DNA of 64,000 nucleotides from Candidatus Marinacidobacterium sp. (GTDB lineage: Bacteria; Acidobacteriota; Vicinamibacteria; Marinacidobacterales; Marinacidobacteraceae): positions 2,720,001-2,784,000 of the forward strand of contig OZ244852.1 in assembly GCA_965220965.1 (NCBI GenBank). Reading direction: 5' to 3'. Below are positions 1-9,996 of this stretch, piece after piece (position 1 is the stretch's first letter; each line of letters opens with the position of its first letter). The notes beneath the pieces are model-generated. The model did not search any database. It was given only the letters and a program-made list of their open reading frames with translations, and was not told where the DNA came from. The translations under genes were made by a program, and so were the position numbers.

Positions 1-1
1 C

Positions 2-1303
2 TACGTCCAGGACAGCCTGGTTCGGGGACGCCTCGCGCTCGATGTCGGGCTCCGCGCCGACTGGTGGAACGCCGGCTACCCCGACCAGACGAACCGGCCC
101 GGACCGTGGAGCGAGGTCTTCGCCGGGTTCGGGCGGCCGGGCGAAGTCCCCGCCCGGAATGATGTGGTGCGCTGGTTCGGGCTCGCGCCGAGGCTGGGCG
201 CGAGTTACGACCTGACCGGGGACGGACGCACGCTGATCCGGGTCAGCGCCGGGCGCTACCTGCACCAGGTGGGCGTCAGCGTCCCCCAGTTCGCGAACCC
301 GAATGCGCTGGCGCGGGCGATCTTCCGGTTCGAGGACCAAAACGGCGACCAGCTCGTGGATCCCGGCGAAGTCGACTTCTCCCGGCCGCTGAGCGTGTTC
401 CTGCCGCGGGAGAACGAGGTGGACCCGGACCTGAAGCAGCCGGTCACCGACGAGGTCACCCTGGGGCTCCACCGGGAGCTCCCCTGGGGAATCGCCGTCG
501 GCCTCACCGGGATCCTGCGGCGGGAGCGCCATCTGATCGAGGACATCGACGTCGGCGTCCCGGATTCGGCCTGGACCCCGGTTCCGCACCTGGATCCGGG
601 CCGGGACTTCGTGCGCGGGTCGGAGGACGATGCGCCGTGGACGCTTTGGGTCCAGGATCCGGCGACGCTGGGCCAGAGCCGGTTCCTGCTCACGAACCCC
701 GGGATCGGGTCGAGCTACCGGGGGGTGATCGCGGAGGCGAGAAAGCGCTACGCGAGCGGCTGGCAGCTCCTCGCCTCGGTCACCTGGAGCCGGTCCATCG
801 GCTGGCTGTCGGGTCCCGGCGAGGAGACCACGGTCGGGACCGGGTTCGCCGACATCCTGTTCAACAACCCGAACCACCGGGAGTTCCACGAGGGCCGGAC
901 CTTCTGGGACCGACCCTTCCTCGCCCGGGTCTCGGGGAGCGCGCGCCTTCCCTGGGGGCTGTCGGCGGCGGCCTCGTTCCGGGCGCATTCCGGCTGGCCG
1001 AACTACCGGACGGTCATCTTCACCGAAACGCTCGAGGGAGACCCGTTGCCGCAGGGCGCCACCGAGGTCGTCGTCGAGCCGCCGGGCGCGGCCCGCTCTC
1101 CGGCCGTTCCGCTGCTGGACCTGCGCCTCGATCACCGGCTGAGCCTGCCGGGAGCCGTCGAGCTCTCGACCTACCTCGACGTCTTCAACGCCCTGAACCT
1201 GAACAGCGTCATCGGGGAGGGCTCGCGCGACGACGGGTTCGGGGCGGTTGTCGGCATCCTGCCCCCCCGGGTGGCGCGTCTCGGGGTCCGCGTCCGCTTC
1301 TGA
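2..1303 (+). CDS. TonB-dependent receptor-like outer-membrane beta-barrel, C-terminal part (5' truncated by window edge)
   Basis: Frame is open from base 2 (YVQDS..LDVGLRAD); PRLGASYDLTGDGRT, LDLRLD, DVFNALN and C-terminal PRVARLGVRVRF (terminal Phe) are typical of Oar-like TBDRs. Confidence 0.85.
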   Translation, partial: YVQDSLVRGRLALDVGLRADWWNAGYPDQTNRPGPWSEVFAGFGRPGEVPARNDVVRWFGLAPRLGASYDLTGDGRTLIRVSAGRYLHQVGVSVPQFANPNALARAIFRFEDQNGDQLVDPGEVDFSRPLSVFLPRENEVDPDLKQPVTDEVTLGLHRELPWGIAVGLTGILRRERHLIEDIDVGVPDSAWTPVPHLDPGRDFVRGSEDDAPWTLWVQDPATLGQSRFLLTNPGIGSSYRGVIAEARKRYASGWQLLASVTWSRSIGWLSGPGEETTVGTGFADILFNNPNHREFHEGRTFWDRPFLARVSGSARLPWGLSAAASFRAHSGWPNYRTVIFTETLEGDPLPQGATEVVVEPPGAARSPAVPLLDLRLDHRLSLPGAVELSTYLDVFNALNLNSVIGEGSRDDGFGAVVGILPPRVARLGVRVRF

Positions 1304-1335
1304 GCGTCGCCCGGGTGGGACCGGGCGCTCCGAAT

Positions 1336-3462
1336 CTACCGGGGGGAGGAGGTGATTTCGTCGAGGCGGGCGCGGACCGGAGGCTGGTTCGGCTCGAGGT
1401 CGAGCGAGCGCTGGAGGGTGGCGCGCGCGTCCTCCATCCGGCCGGTGCGGGCGTAGGCGTCCCCGAGGACGTTCAGAAGCGGCGGGCCGGGGGTCCGGAG
1501 CGTGATCGCGTGCTCGAGATGGGTGATCGAGTCCTCGAGGCGGCCCTCGAAGAAGCGCACGAACCCGAGGCCGCTGACGACCTCGAAGGTGTCCGCGAAC
1601 CCTTCGGCCATCGGATCGAGCAGCGCGGCGGCCTCGGCGATCCGTCCGGTGTTCAGGTAACCGTGGGCGAGCTTCCAGCGGGCATCGGGGATCTGCGGGT
1701 TGCCGACCGCGACGGCCGCCTCGTACTCGGAAAGCGCCTCCTCGAAGCGCTGGAGCGCGAGGTACTGGTCGCCGCGGACGAGCGAGAGCAGTCCGGGCGT
1801 CCCGGCGTTGAAGCCGCGGCGGAGCATGAAGCCGGCGCGCGGAACGCCCGCCCGCGGCGAGACCGAGAGGCGTCGCTCCCGCTGGTCCAGCAGGGCGCCG
1901 TCGTCCGCCTCGAGCTGGCCGCGCAGCCAGTAGCTTCCGCCGATCCCGAGGTCGAGCGGGATCCTGGCCAGCACCGCGCCGCCCTCGACCACCGGCTGCT
2001 CGACAGTGGCGAGCACCTCGGATCCGGGCTGTCCGGCCTCGTCGCTCAGGATCTCGAACCGCACCCGGTGTCCGCTCCCGGCGTTCGTCGCGTGGGCGAA
2101 CGCGTAGAGCGTGTTCCCGAGCGCGAACAGGCCGTCGGCGGCCGGCTGGATGCGGACGCTTCCCACCTGAAACGTCCGGATCGCGTCCGCCGAGGCGGCC
2201 TCCGCCAGCTCCGTGCCGTCGAAGGCCGGCACCACATCGGCGAGCCTGGGCGCCCCGTCAGCGTCTTCCAGCCACGTCGTGTCGATCGTCGTCTCGAGGA
2301 CGGTGAACTGCTGCGCCGCCCGGTTCCGCACGATGACGCTGAACTCGTAGCGCCCCGGCAGCAGCGGGACGGAGTCCTGGTAGGCGAACGGCGAACTCCG
2401 CACCTGATCCACCTGGGTCCGGGAGAGCTCGATGAAGGCGGGGCGGTCCACCGCCAGCACCGTCACGTCGTCCTCGTTCACGGCTTCCGCGGAAACGTCC
2501 AGCGTCGTGTAGAACCGGGTCTGGTCCTCGTCGGTTTCGAGCGTGAAGTTCTGCGGGTCGATCTCCACGCTGTAGTGGACGAAGGGGGTCCCGTCGGGGC
2601 CTCCGGTGATCGCGAAGATGCCCCGGCTGGGGACGAAGTTGAACGAGTAATCGGCGCTGACCCGGTCCCGGTAGCGAAGCCAGGCGTCCGCATAGTCTGT
2701 GCGGATGGCCCGGCGCGGCGAGTCCTCGATCCGCGCGATGACCAGGTCGCTGCCGAGCGATGCCCGCCCCGAGGTCCAGTCCCCGGGTTCCGAGGGGTCG
2801 AGCGAGAGCGAGGCGTTCGCCAGCTCGGCGTCGATCCGCTGCAGGGTCTCGTAGGCCTGGACGTTGCCCTCGGGTCCCGGGCCCTGGGTGTACTGGCCGC
2901 GGACCAGCGACTGGGGCCCGTCCACCACCGGGTGGTAGAGCCGGTACTCGCCGATGTCGTGGCGCTTGAAGAAGACCAGATAGAAGAACGAGGGCAGCCC
3001 CTTCCGCACGTCACCCTGGTAGAACCAGATTTCGCTGGAGACTACCTCGTTGTAGCCGTCGAAGGAGTGGCGCTCGCGCGGCTCCCCGAGCAGGATGTAG
3101 TAGCGGCCGCGGTCCGTTCGCCAGCCTTCCCGGAAAGTGTCCCGGCCGAGGTACTCGTTGGCGTACTCGATGCGGCGGTAGTGCTCGTCCCGGAATTCGT
3201 TCTCCGGCGTCGCCGGGTAGGGGTCCCGCTTCTCCCAGAAGACCTCGATGAAGCGGTCCCGCTCCTCGACCGTGTCGAGGGTGAGGAAGACGTCCTCCTC
3301 GCGGTCCGTGATGATGTAGTTGACCTCTTCCTCGAGCCAGGTGCGGTGGTCCTCCCGCAGCCGTTCGAGGCGCTCCCGGCGGCTCAGTTCTTCCTGGGCG
3401 AGCGCGGTCCCGGCCAGCGACGCCATGGCGGCGGCGAGCGCGACAGCGGCGACGCGCCTCAT
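1336..3462 (-). CDS. GWxTD domain-containing protein with C-terminal TPR repeats
   Basis: Signal peptide MRRVAAVALAAAMASLAGTALAQ; WLEEEVNYII..FWEKRDP..EHYRRIEYAN..GWRTDRGRYYILLGEP motif; TPR-like C-terminus; ATG at 3462 overlaps the upstream stop (ATGA). The 1283-aa track ORF is over-extended. Confidence 0.9.
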   Translation of the reverse strand: MRRVAAVALAAAMASLAGTALAQEELSRRERLERLREDHRTWLEEEVNYIITDREEDVFLTLDTVEERDRFIEVFWEKRDPYPATPENEFRDEHYRRIEYANEYLGRDTFREGWRTDRGRYYILLGEPRERHSFDGYNEVVSSEIWFYQGDVRKGLPSFFYLVFFKRHDIGEYRLYHPVVDGPQSLVRGQYTQGPGPEGNVQAYETLQRIDAELANASLSLDPSEPGDWTSGRASLGSDLVIARIEDSPRRAIRTDYADAWLRYRDRVSADYSFNFVPSRGIFAITGGPDGTPFVHYSVEIDPQNFTLETDEDQTRFYTTLDVSAEAVNEDDVTVLAVDRPAFIELSRTQVDQVRSSPFAYQDSVPLLPGRYEFSVIVRNRAAQQFTVLETTIDTTWLEDADGAPRLADVVPAFDGTELAEAASADAIRTFQVGSVRIQPAADGLFALGNTLYAFAHATNAGSGHRVRFEILSDEAGQPGSEVLATVEQPVVEGGAVLARIPLDLGIGGSYWLRGQLEADDGALLDQRERRLSVSPRAGVPRAGFMLRRGFNAGTPGLLSLVRGDQYLALQRFEEALSEYEAAVAVGNPQIPDARWKLAHGYLNTGRIAEAAALLDPMAEGFADTFEVVSGLGFVRFFEGRLEDSITHLEHAITLRTPGPPLLNVLGDAYARTGRMEDARATLQRSLDLEPNQPPVRARLDEITSSPR

Positions 3463-4892
3463 CGCAGCGTCACCTCGGTCTCGGCGAGGACGGCGGGAGG
3501 GTTCTTCCGGCCGAAACGGATTCCGTGGCGTTTCAGCATCTCGTTCAGCGTGGTCGGCTTCAGACCGAGGACCTCGGCGGCCCGCTTCTGGACTCCGTCC
3601 ACGCGGTCGAGCGTATCGAGAAGCAGTTGCCGTTCCACCTCGGAAATGTACTCGCGGAAGGGGACTCCCGCCCGGGGCGAGGGGATCGCGGGCATTCCGG
3701 AGGGCGTCGCCCGCTGCCGCACCGCCTCCGGAAGGAAATCCGCCTCGATCGGCGAACCGGGGGCGAGCACGACGGCGCGCTCGACCGCGTTCTCCAGTTG
3801 CCGCACATTGCCCGGCCACGAGCAGTCCAGCAGCGTCCGCATCGCTTCCGCGGCGAAGGACATCAGCGGCTTCCGGTTCTCGCCGCAGTACTTGCGCAGG
3901 AAGTGGTGGGTCAGCGCCGGGATGTCCTCGCGCCGCTCCCGGAGCGGTGGAAGCGGAATGTTGATCACGTCCAGCCGGAAGTAGAGATCCTCGCGGAACC
4001 GGCCCTGTTCGGTGAGACGCTTCAGATCGGTGTTCGTGGCGGCGATGACCCGGACATCCACCTTGATCGTCTCGACCCCGCCGAGGTTCATGAATTCCTT
4101 TTCCTGGATGACCCGCAACAGCTTGGCCTGGGTCTCCATGTGGACCGTCCCGATCTCGTCGAAGAAGATGCTGCCTCCCTCGGCGACTTCGAACAGCCCC
4201 TTCTTCGGGGCCACCGCCCCGGTGAAGGCGCCCTTCAGGTGTCCGAACAGGTTCGATTCGAGCAGCTCGGGGGGAAGGCTTCCCGAATGGACGGTCACGA
4301 ACGGCCGTTTCCGCCGGGGGCTCCGGCGATGGATGGCCTTCGCCACCAGTTCCTTGCCGGTGCCGCTCTCGCCGGTGATCAGCACGTTGGCGCGCGACTG
4401 CGCCACCTGGTCGATCAGCGCGAAGACCTCGAGCATGCGCGGCGATTTGCCCACGATCTCGTCGAAGCGCTCCCGGCGAACGAGCTGATCGCGGAGCGAC
4501 CGGTTCTCCTGGGTGAGCTGGCGCTGGCGGATGCCGTTGGCGATCAGGTTCAGGACCTCGTCGTTCTTGAACGGCTTCGTCACGTAGTCGAAGGCCCCGC
4601 ACTTGATCGCCGCCACCGCCGTCTCCACCGAGGCGAACGCGGTCAGCATGACCACCGACAGTTCGGGATCGATCTGCCGGATCCGTTCGAGGACCTTCAG
4701 CCCGGAGATATCGGGCAGCATCACGTCGACCACCGCCAGGTCCACCGGTTCGCGGTCCACGATGCGAATGCCCTGCTCGCCGGTCTCGGCGAGGCGGACC
4801 GAGTACCCGGCCTGACGCAGGAGCGCTTCCAGAATCTCGCGCATGACCTGCTCGTCGTCCACGACGAGCACGGTTCCCCGGTTGCGGCTCAC
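3459..4892 (-). CDS. Sigma54-dependent response regulator (NtrC/AtoC family)
   Basis: Receiver domain (VLVVDDE, DVMLP), Walker A GESGTGKE, GAFTGA, FFDEIG, WPGNVRQLEN, Fis-type HTH. Confidence 0.95.
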   Translation of the reverse strand: MSRNRGTVLVVDDEQVMREILEALLRQAGYSVRLAETGEQGIRIVDREPVDLAVVDVMLPDISGLKVLERIRQIDPELSVVMLTAFASVETAVAAIKCGAFDYVTKPFKNDEVLNLIANGIRQRQLTQENRSLRDQLVRRERFDEIVGKSPRMLEVFALIDQVAQSRANVLITGESGTGKELVAKAIHRRSPRRKRPFVTVHSGSLPPELLESNLFGHLKGAFTGAVAPKKGLFEVAEGGSIFFDEIGTVHMETQAKLLRVIQEKEFMNLGGVETIKVDVRVIAATNTDLKRLTEQGRFREDLYFRLDVINIPLPPLRERREDIPALTHHFLRKYCGENRKPLMSFAAEAMRTLLDCSWPGNVRQLENAVERAVVLAPGSPIEADFLPEAVRQRATPSGMPAIPSPRAGVPFREYISEVERQLLLDTLDRVDGVQKRAAEVLGLKPTTLNEMLKRHGIRFGRKNPPAVLAETEVTLR

Positions 4893-7801
4893 CGTCCGGC
4901 CTCCAGCGCGGAGTCCACGCCCTCCGGCGGGCCCGGACGCCCCGCATCGGCGCTCTCCGCGGCCGCCGCGACCGGGAATCGGAGAACGAACCGGGTGCCC
5001 CGGTTCCCCTCGCTCTCGACTTCGATGACGCCGCCGTGCTCCTGCACGATCCCGTAGCTGATGGACAGCCCGAGGCCGTTCCCCCCGGTCTTCTTCCGGG
5101 TGGAGAAGAACGGGTCGTAGATGCGGCGGATGTCCTCCGGCGCGATCCCCTCCCCGGTGTCGGTGACCTCCGCGATGACCTGGTCACCGGAGGACCGGGT
5201 CGCGATCGTGAGCTGGCCGCCGGTCGACATCGCGTCGAAGGCGTTCACCGCGAGGTTGACGAACACCTGCTGCAGCCGGTTGTCGTCGCCGAGGATTCCG
5301 GGGAGGCCAGGGTCCAGTTCCTTCCGGATCCGGATGTGGGAGGCGCGCGCCTGGTGATCGAGCAGCGAGAGGACGTCGCTCAGAACGCGGTTCAGGTCGA
5401 TGCGGGTGAAGGCGGTGGGCTGGGTGCGGGCGAAGTTGAGCAGCCCGTTCACGATCTGGGAGGCCCGCTCGGTCTGCTTCTCGATCTTCCGCAGCAGCGG
5501 GGTTCTGGGGTCCTTGCCATCGGTCTGGTCCTGGAGCATCTGGGTGAAGCTCGAGATACCCGTGAGGGGAGTGTTCACCTCGTGGGCCACGCCGGCGGCG
5601 AGGACGCCCAGCGAGCTCATCTTCTCCCGGAGCTGCATCTCGTTCTCCATCCGGACCCGGTCGGTGATGTCCTCCAGAATCAGCAGCGCCCCGTGGTGTT
5701 CCCCCCCGCCAGAAACGAACGGCGCCGCCTTCACGTTCACCACCCGATCGGCGCCGTCGGCCGCCCGCAGGTTGAGCCGCGAGATTCCGCCGCCTTCTCC
5801 CCGGGAGAGCCAGCCGTCCCCCAGCCCGGCGTCGAGCGCCCGACGGAGCCGCTCGGGAAAGACCGCCTCGTAGCGCGCCTGGGCGACCTCGTGGCGGCTG
5901 CGGCCGTAGATCCGCTCCATGGACCGGTTCCACCGGACCACCCGCCCGTCCAGATTGAACACCACGACTCCGGCGCCGAGCGATTCGATCGTGTCATCGG
6001 ACTGTTCCCGGAGCGCGACGACTTCTTCGTGCTTCGCCTGCAGGGAACTGTAGAGCCGGGCGTTCACCAGCGCGGTGGCGGCCTGCGCCGCCACCGTGCG
6101 AAGGAGATCCAGGTCCTCCGAGGAGAGGTCGTCTCCGTCGACCGTGGGGCCGAGCAGGAAAGCGCCGACGACTTCGCCGCGGGCGAAGCAGGGGACGGCG
6201 TCCATGACCCAGGCGCCGTCGCGCACCGGAGCGGGCATGAGCGCGGCGCGGGCGATCGCGCCGTCCGCCAGACGCCGGCGAACCGATGCGGCCGCCGCGA
6301 AGCGCTCCGCCACCCCGACCTCCCCTTCATCGAGGCCGTGGGAGGCCACGACGCGCAGCGCGCGCGATTCGGGAGCCTCCGGCGCCGCCAGCAGCGCCAC
6401 CCGCTCGAGCCGGAACGTCTCGGCGATTTTCTCGACGAGGCGGGACGCCAGCGGGACGAGGTCCAGCCGGGAGTTCATCTCCGCCGCCAGCCCGGCCAGC
6501 GCCCGCCGGAAGTCGTAGTGCTCCCGGTAGAACATCCGGTCGATGAAGCGCTCGAACCGGCCGCGGAACGCTGGCGCCGCCAGGGCCGCGATGATCGCGG
6601 ACAGCACCGCGATGGTCAGCGAGTGCTCGTCTCCTCCCAGCCAGGACGTCCCGAGGAGAAACGCCCCCAGGTAGATGGCCGCGATGCCCGCCGCGATCGA
6701 GGCGAGCAGGATCCCCCGCTTGAAGAGGATCTCGACATCCATCAGCCGGTACTTGACGATGGCGTAGGCGAACGAAAGCGGCACCAGGGCCATCGGAACC
6801 AGCGACAGCTCCATCTCCGGCGTCGTCGGGAGTCCGCTGAAATAGGGAGCGGCGTAGATCACCGCGAACGGGAGCATCCCCGCGCCGGTCCCCCAGACGA
6901 TCCACTTGAGCTGTTTCGCCACCGTGACGCTCGTCGCGCTCCGGTAGGCGTCCACGAACGCGCCGAACGCCCCGAGCGAATAGACCGCCCACAGGATCGG
7001 CTCCACCCGGTCGAGGAAGACCTCGCTGCCGGTGATCACCCCCGGTCCGGGGCTGAAGGGCGAGAAATAGAGGAGCCGGGCGCCGAGGGAAAGCGCGAGC
7101 AGAAGGAACGACGGGACGTAGATCCGCTGGATGGCCTGTGGCCAGCGCGCGAGCAGTCGGCTCGGCGCCGGAAAGCTGAGGGAGAAGTGAAGGAAGACCG
7201 GCGGGAAGAAGAGGACCCCGATCCGGTCCAGCCAGAAGAAGATGTGGTCGAAGGCGTCCAGTTGGCCGGTGAAGGAGAACGAGAACGCGAGGAGCCAGAG
7301 GAGGCACAGACCGTAGAAGTGGGCGGCCGCCGACGCGCCCCGACGGAAGGCGTAGACGAACGCGCCGACGCAGCCGGCGAACACGCCCACCGCCGCGAGG
7401 AAGAAGTAGAGCGACGTGTTCCCGGCGGGCAGGGGCGCGACCGGCACGGTCATCCCGCGGCGTTCGCCCTCGCGCACCAGGACGTAGCGGAGCTGCTCCC
7501 CCTCGCCGGCCCCGTCGAGGGCGGCCCGCGCGTCTTCCGCGAACTCGATCTCGGTGACCGAGCCGCTCGACCGGTTCGTGATCGCCTGCAGGCTGTCGCC
7601 CACCCGGATGCCGGCCCGGTCCCCGGGGCCGCCTTCCTCGACCCGCTGCGCCACGACCCGCCCCAGCTCGTCGCTCCACAGCACGCCGTCGTCCATGACG
7701 CCGGTCGTCGCCTGGCGGAAGATGTTCGTCCCCGCCAGGGCGAGAAGCAGGGCGGTCGCCGCCACGGCGAGGGCGGAGCGGGTGGGGCCGCGAATCAGCA
7801 T
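4889..7801 (-). CDS. Membrane sensor histidine kinase (PDZ-like periplasmic domain, multiple TM helices, GAF, PAS, HisKA/HATPase)
   Basis: GPGDRAGIRVGD PDZ-like motif; about 10 hydrophobic segments; AHEVNTPL H-box; N box QVFVNLAVNA; DTGEGI, YDPFFST and GLGLSI boxes. Confidence 0.93.
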   Translation of the reverse strand: MLIRGPTRSALAVAATALLLALAGTNIFRQATTGVMDDGVLWSDELGRVVAQRVEEGGPGDRAGIRVGDSLQAITNRSSGSVTEIEFAEDARAALDGAGEGEQLRYVLVREGERRGMTVPVAPLPAGNTSLYFFLAAVGVFAGCVGAFVYAFRRGASAAAHFYGLCLLWLLAFSFSFTGQLDAFDHIFFWLDRIGVLFFPPVFLHFSLSFPAPSRLLARWPQAIQRIYVPSFLLLALSLGARLLYFSPFSPGPGVITGSEVFLDRVEPILWAVYSLGAFGAFVDAYRSATSVTVAKQLKWIVWGTGAGMLPFAVIYAAPYFSGLPTTPEMELSLVPMALVPLSFAYAIVKYRLMDVEILFKRGILLASIAAGIAAIYLGAFLLGTSWLGGDEHSLTIAVLSAIIAALAAPAFRGRFERFIDRMFYREHYDFRRALAGLAAEMNSRLDLVPLASRLVEKIAETFRLERVALLAAPEAPESRALRVVASHGLDEGEVGVAERFAAAASVRRRLADGAIARAALMPAPVRDGAWVMDAVPCFARGEVVGAFLLGPTVDGDDLSSEDLDLLRTVAAQAATALVNARLYSSLQAKHEEVVALREQSDDTIESLGAGVVVFNLDGRVVRWNRSMERIYGRSRHEVAQARYEAVFPERLRRALDAGLGDGWLSRGEGGGISRLNLRAADGADRVVNVKAAPFVSGGGEHHGALLILEDITDRVRMENEMQLREKMSSLGVLAAGVAHEVNTPLTGISSFTQMLQDQTDGKDPRTPLLRKIEKQTERASQIVNGLLNFARTQPTAFTRIDLNRVLSDVLSLLDHQARASHIRIRKELDPGLPGILGDDNRLQQVFVNLAVNAFDAMSTGGQLTIATRSSGDQVIAEVTDTGEGIAPEDIRRIYDPFFSTRKKTGGNGLGLSISYGIVQEHGGVIEVESEGNRGTRFVLRFPVAAAAESADAGRPGPPEGVDSALEAGR

Positions 7802-7965
7802 CCCGGGGAGGAAGTCAGCGGGCTCGAGGGAACGCGTAGTCCCCCAAAGAGCCGAACCGCGAGTCTATCCAACACAACGGATGCGCGACGGGCGCATCCA
7901 ATCCCTTGGAGCCCCCGCTACGGAGCCGAAGGAGCGGCCGCGTCGCGCGGAGCCGCGCGTTCGCT

Positions 7966-9894
7966 CTAAAACCGAACTGCGAGGCCGCCGACGAGTCGGC
8001 GAGGCGCCCGGGCGACCGCCAGCTCATCGAGCAGTGAACGGCTCACGAAGTCGCGGAAGAACAGGTCCCGGACCGCGAGCGACAGCTCCCACTCGGTGCC
8101 GCTCCAGTCGGCGAAGGGGATCAGTTGCACCAGCTCCACATCGAAACGCGTCGTGTGCTGGTCCCCGTTCCGGCCGGCGACCGCAACCGGGTGAATGCCG
8201 GGGTGGCGGATCCATCGGGTGGCGGCGTTGATCCGGGTTCCGGAAGGCTGGAGGACCGCCACGACTTCGGCCGAGAGGTCGTTCAGGACCGCGCCATCCG
8301 ACAAAAGCAGGACGGAAACCGGATCGAAACCGTCCGCAGACAGGGGTGGAGCGTCGTCTTCGGGACGATCCCGCACCACCGCCACGACCCACGAGACTCT
8401 CGCCCCCACATCCAGTTTGCCGGTCACCCGCGTCAGGTCGCGGATCCAGTCGATCCCGAACCCCTGGACGCTGGTGTTTCCGGCGTTCGATACATCGAAG
8501 TGGCCGCCGCCCACCGGCCCGGACTCGAACGCGCGCACCAGTTGGTCCGAGTTGTGTTCGCGGAAGACCCGGGCGCCCAGCGTGAAGCGCTCGTCGAGCC
8601 GCACCTCGGCCCCGGCCTGATACCGGGTGGTGCGCTGGGCCGCGAGCGACCGGTACCAGCCCGGATCGAGCGCGAGCAGGTCGGCGTGCGCGACCCGCGA
8701 CAGGAGCCCGGTGTCTTCCCCGAGCGGCCCGTCCACCCGGACGGCGACGCCGCCCTCGAGCGTGACCGAGGGCGTCACCGCGAACTCGAGCACCGCCCGC
8801 GGAGCGAGTCCCTGGTGGCCCTCGAGATGCGAGAACCGGCGGTAGGTCAACCCGGTGCTGAGGCGGGTGCGGCCGAGAGTGAAGTCATCGGCGACCCACG
8901 CCGCGCCATCCCACGCCGCCTGCGGATCGGCGAGCGGATTCAGGCCGGCGAGCCCTGTGAACGACAGGATCGGCGCCGACGGCGGGCGGAACCCCCCGAT
9001 GCCTTGGTAGAGGTGGCGCTGGTAGCCGAGGCCGGCGGCGAACTCGTGTCCGTCGAGTTCCTCCATCTCGTAGGAGAGGTTCATGGCCCAGGACGCGAAC
9101 GCCGACTCCATGAGACGGGCTTCGGCTTCCCAGCGGCCGCGGGCGGTCGAGGGCAACTCGAACCGGGTGTAGGCGATCCCCGAGTCCACCCCCTGGCTCT
9201 CGGCGAGCCCGAGCGAACTCCCGGAAGCGGCGAAGAAGCCGAATTCGCCTTCGATCTGGCCGAGCGCCGGGAAGCGCGGGCGGTCGTTCCAGTGGTCGGC
9301 GAACGGACGCGCCGAAAGATCCTCGGGGCCGAGTCCGGCTCGCCGCTCCTTCAGGATGTTGCGTCGACCGCGCTGGAGCAGCCAGCGGAGTTCGGAAAGG
9401 GTTCCGGCTCCGGGATTCGCGGTGGCGGCCGCCATCTGGATGAGCAGCGTGTCCGCGATCGAAGCTTCGCTCCGCACCAGAACCTGCGCCCTGGGGGAGG
9501 GCAGGAAACCGGCCAGATAGGCGCGCAGGCTGTAGAGCCCGGGGCCGGTGTCCACGACCTCGAAGCGCCCCTGCGCATCGGTGACCGCGAACTGCGCTTC
9601 GTCTCCGTCTTCGGCGTCGAAGACCGAGACGAGCGCCCCCGGCAGCGGGTGTCCTTCCTGGGTGGCGACGACCCCGGTGATCTGGGCGAGAACCACGACT
9701 CCGGCGCCGGGGTTCGAAGCGCTCCCGGCGGCGCCCGGCGAGCCCTCGGGCGTAGGGCCGGGCCAGGCTGTCGATGGGGCGCCGGAAGCCGCTCCCGCGA
9801 CCGCCAGCGACGCCGCCGCGGACAGAACCACCCCGATGAAGGAGGGCCCGGGACGCGGCAAAGGCCGGAAATCCCCATGGAACATCCGGGTCAT
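7966..9894 (-). CDS. Outer-membrane protein with N-terminal carboxypeptidase-regulatory-like domain (TonB-receptor-like barrel)
   Basis: Signal-like N-terminus; ITGVVATQEGHPLPGALVSV..TDAQGRF..PGLYSLRA..GF motif; C-terminal RRLVGGLAVRF. Start is 9894 or 9885; the upstream part of the track ORF is antisense to eno. Confidence 0.75.
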   Translation of the reverse strand: MTRMFHGDFRPLPRPGPSFIGVVLSAAASLAVAGAASGAPSTAWPGPTPEGSPGAAGSASNPGAGVVVLAQITGVVATQEGHPLPGALVSVFDAEDGDEAQFAVTDAQGRFEVVDTGPGLYSLRAYLAGFLPSPRAQVLVRSEASIADTLLIQMAAATANPGAGTLSELRWLLQRGRRNILKERRAGLGPEDLSARPFADHWNDRPRFPALGQIEGEFGFFAASGSSLGLAESQGVDSGIAYTRFELPSTARGRWEAEARLMESAFASWAMNLSYEMEELDGHEFAAGLGYQRHLYQGIGGFRPPSAPILSFTGLAGLNPLADPQAAWDGAAWVADDFTLGRTRLSTGLTYRRFSHLEGHQGLAPRAVLEFAVTPSVTLEGGVAVRVDGPLGEDTGLLSRVAHADLLALDPGWYRSLAAQRTTRYQAGAEVRLDERFTLGARVFREHNSDQLVRAFESGPVGGGHFDVSNAGNTSVQGFGIDWIRDLTRVTGKLDVGARVSWVVAVVRDRPEDDAPPLSADGFDPVSVLLLSDGAVLNDLSAEVVAVLQPSGTRINAATRWIRHPGIHPVAVAGRNGDQHTTRFDVELVQLIPFADWSGTEWELSLAVRDLFFRDFVSRSLLDELAVARAPRRLVGGLAVRF

Positions 9895-9903
9895 CGTCTT
9901 GTA

Positions 9904-9932
9904 AGTGAAGCGCGCGCGCGGCCCGGTGTCAA
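9904..9932 (-). promoter_or_regulatory. Putative sigma70 promoter of the outer-membrane protein gene
   Basis: Minus strand TTGACA-N17-TTCACT, ending 9 nt before the ATG at 9894. Confidence 0.4.
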
Positions 9933-9996
9933 ACGCAACCCCCCGATTCCGGGGGGCAGCGCGGCGGATCTGCGATCCCTCCCTAGAATTCACCGG

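Noticed and set aside
637-9996. Very long ORFs (637-3984, 5036-7969, N-terminal part of 8125-11295) and similar antisense ORFs throughout the window
   Set aside because: Stop-poor antisense or alternate frames typical of high-GC DNA; they overlap well-supported genes and carry no motifs.
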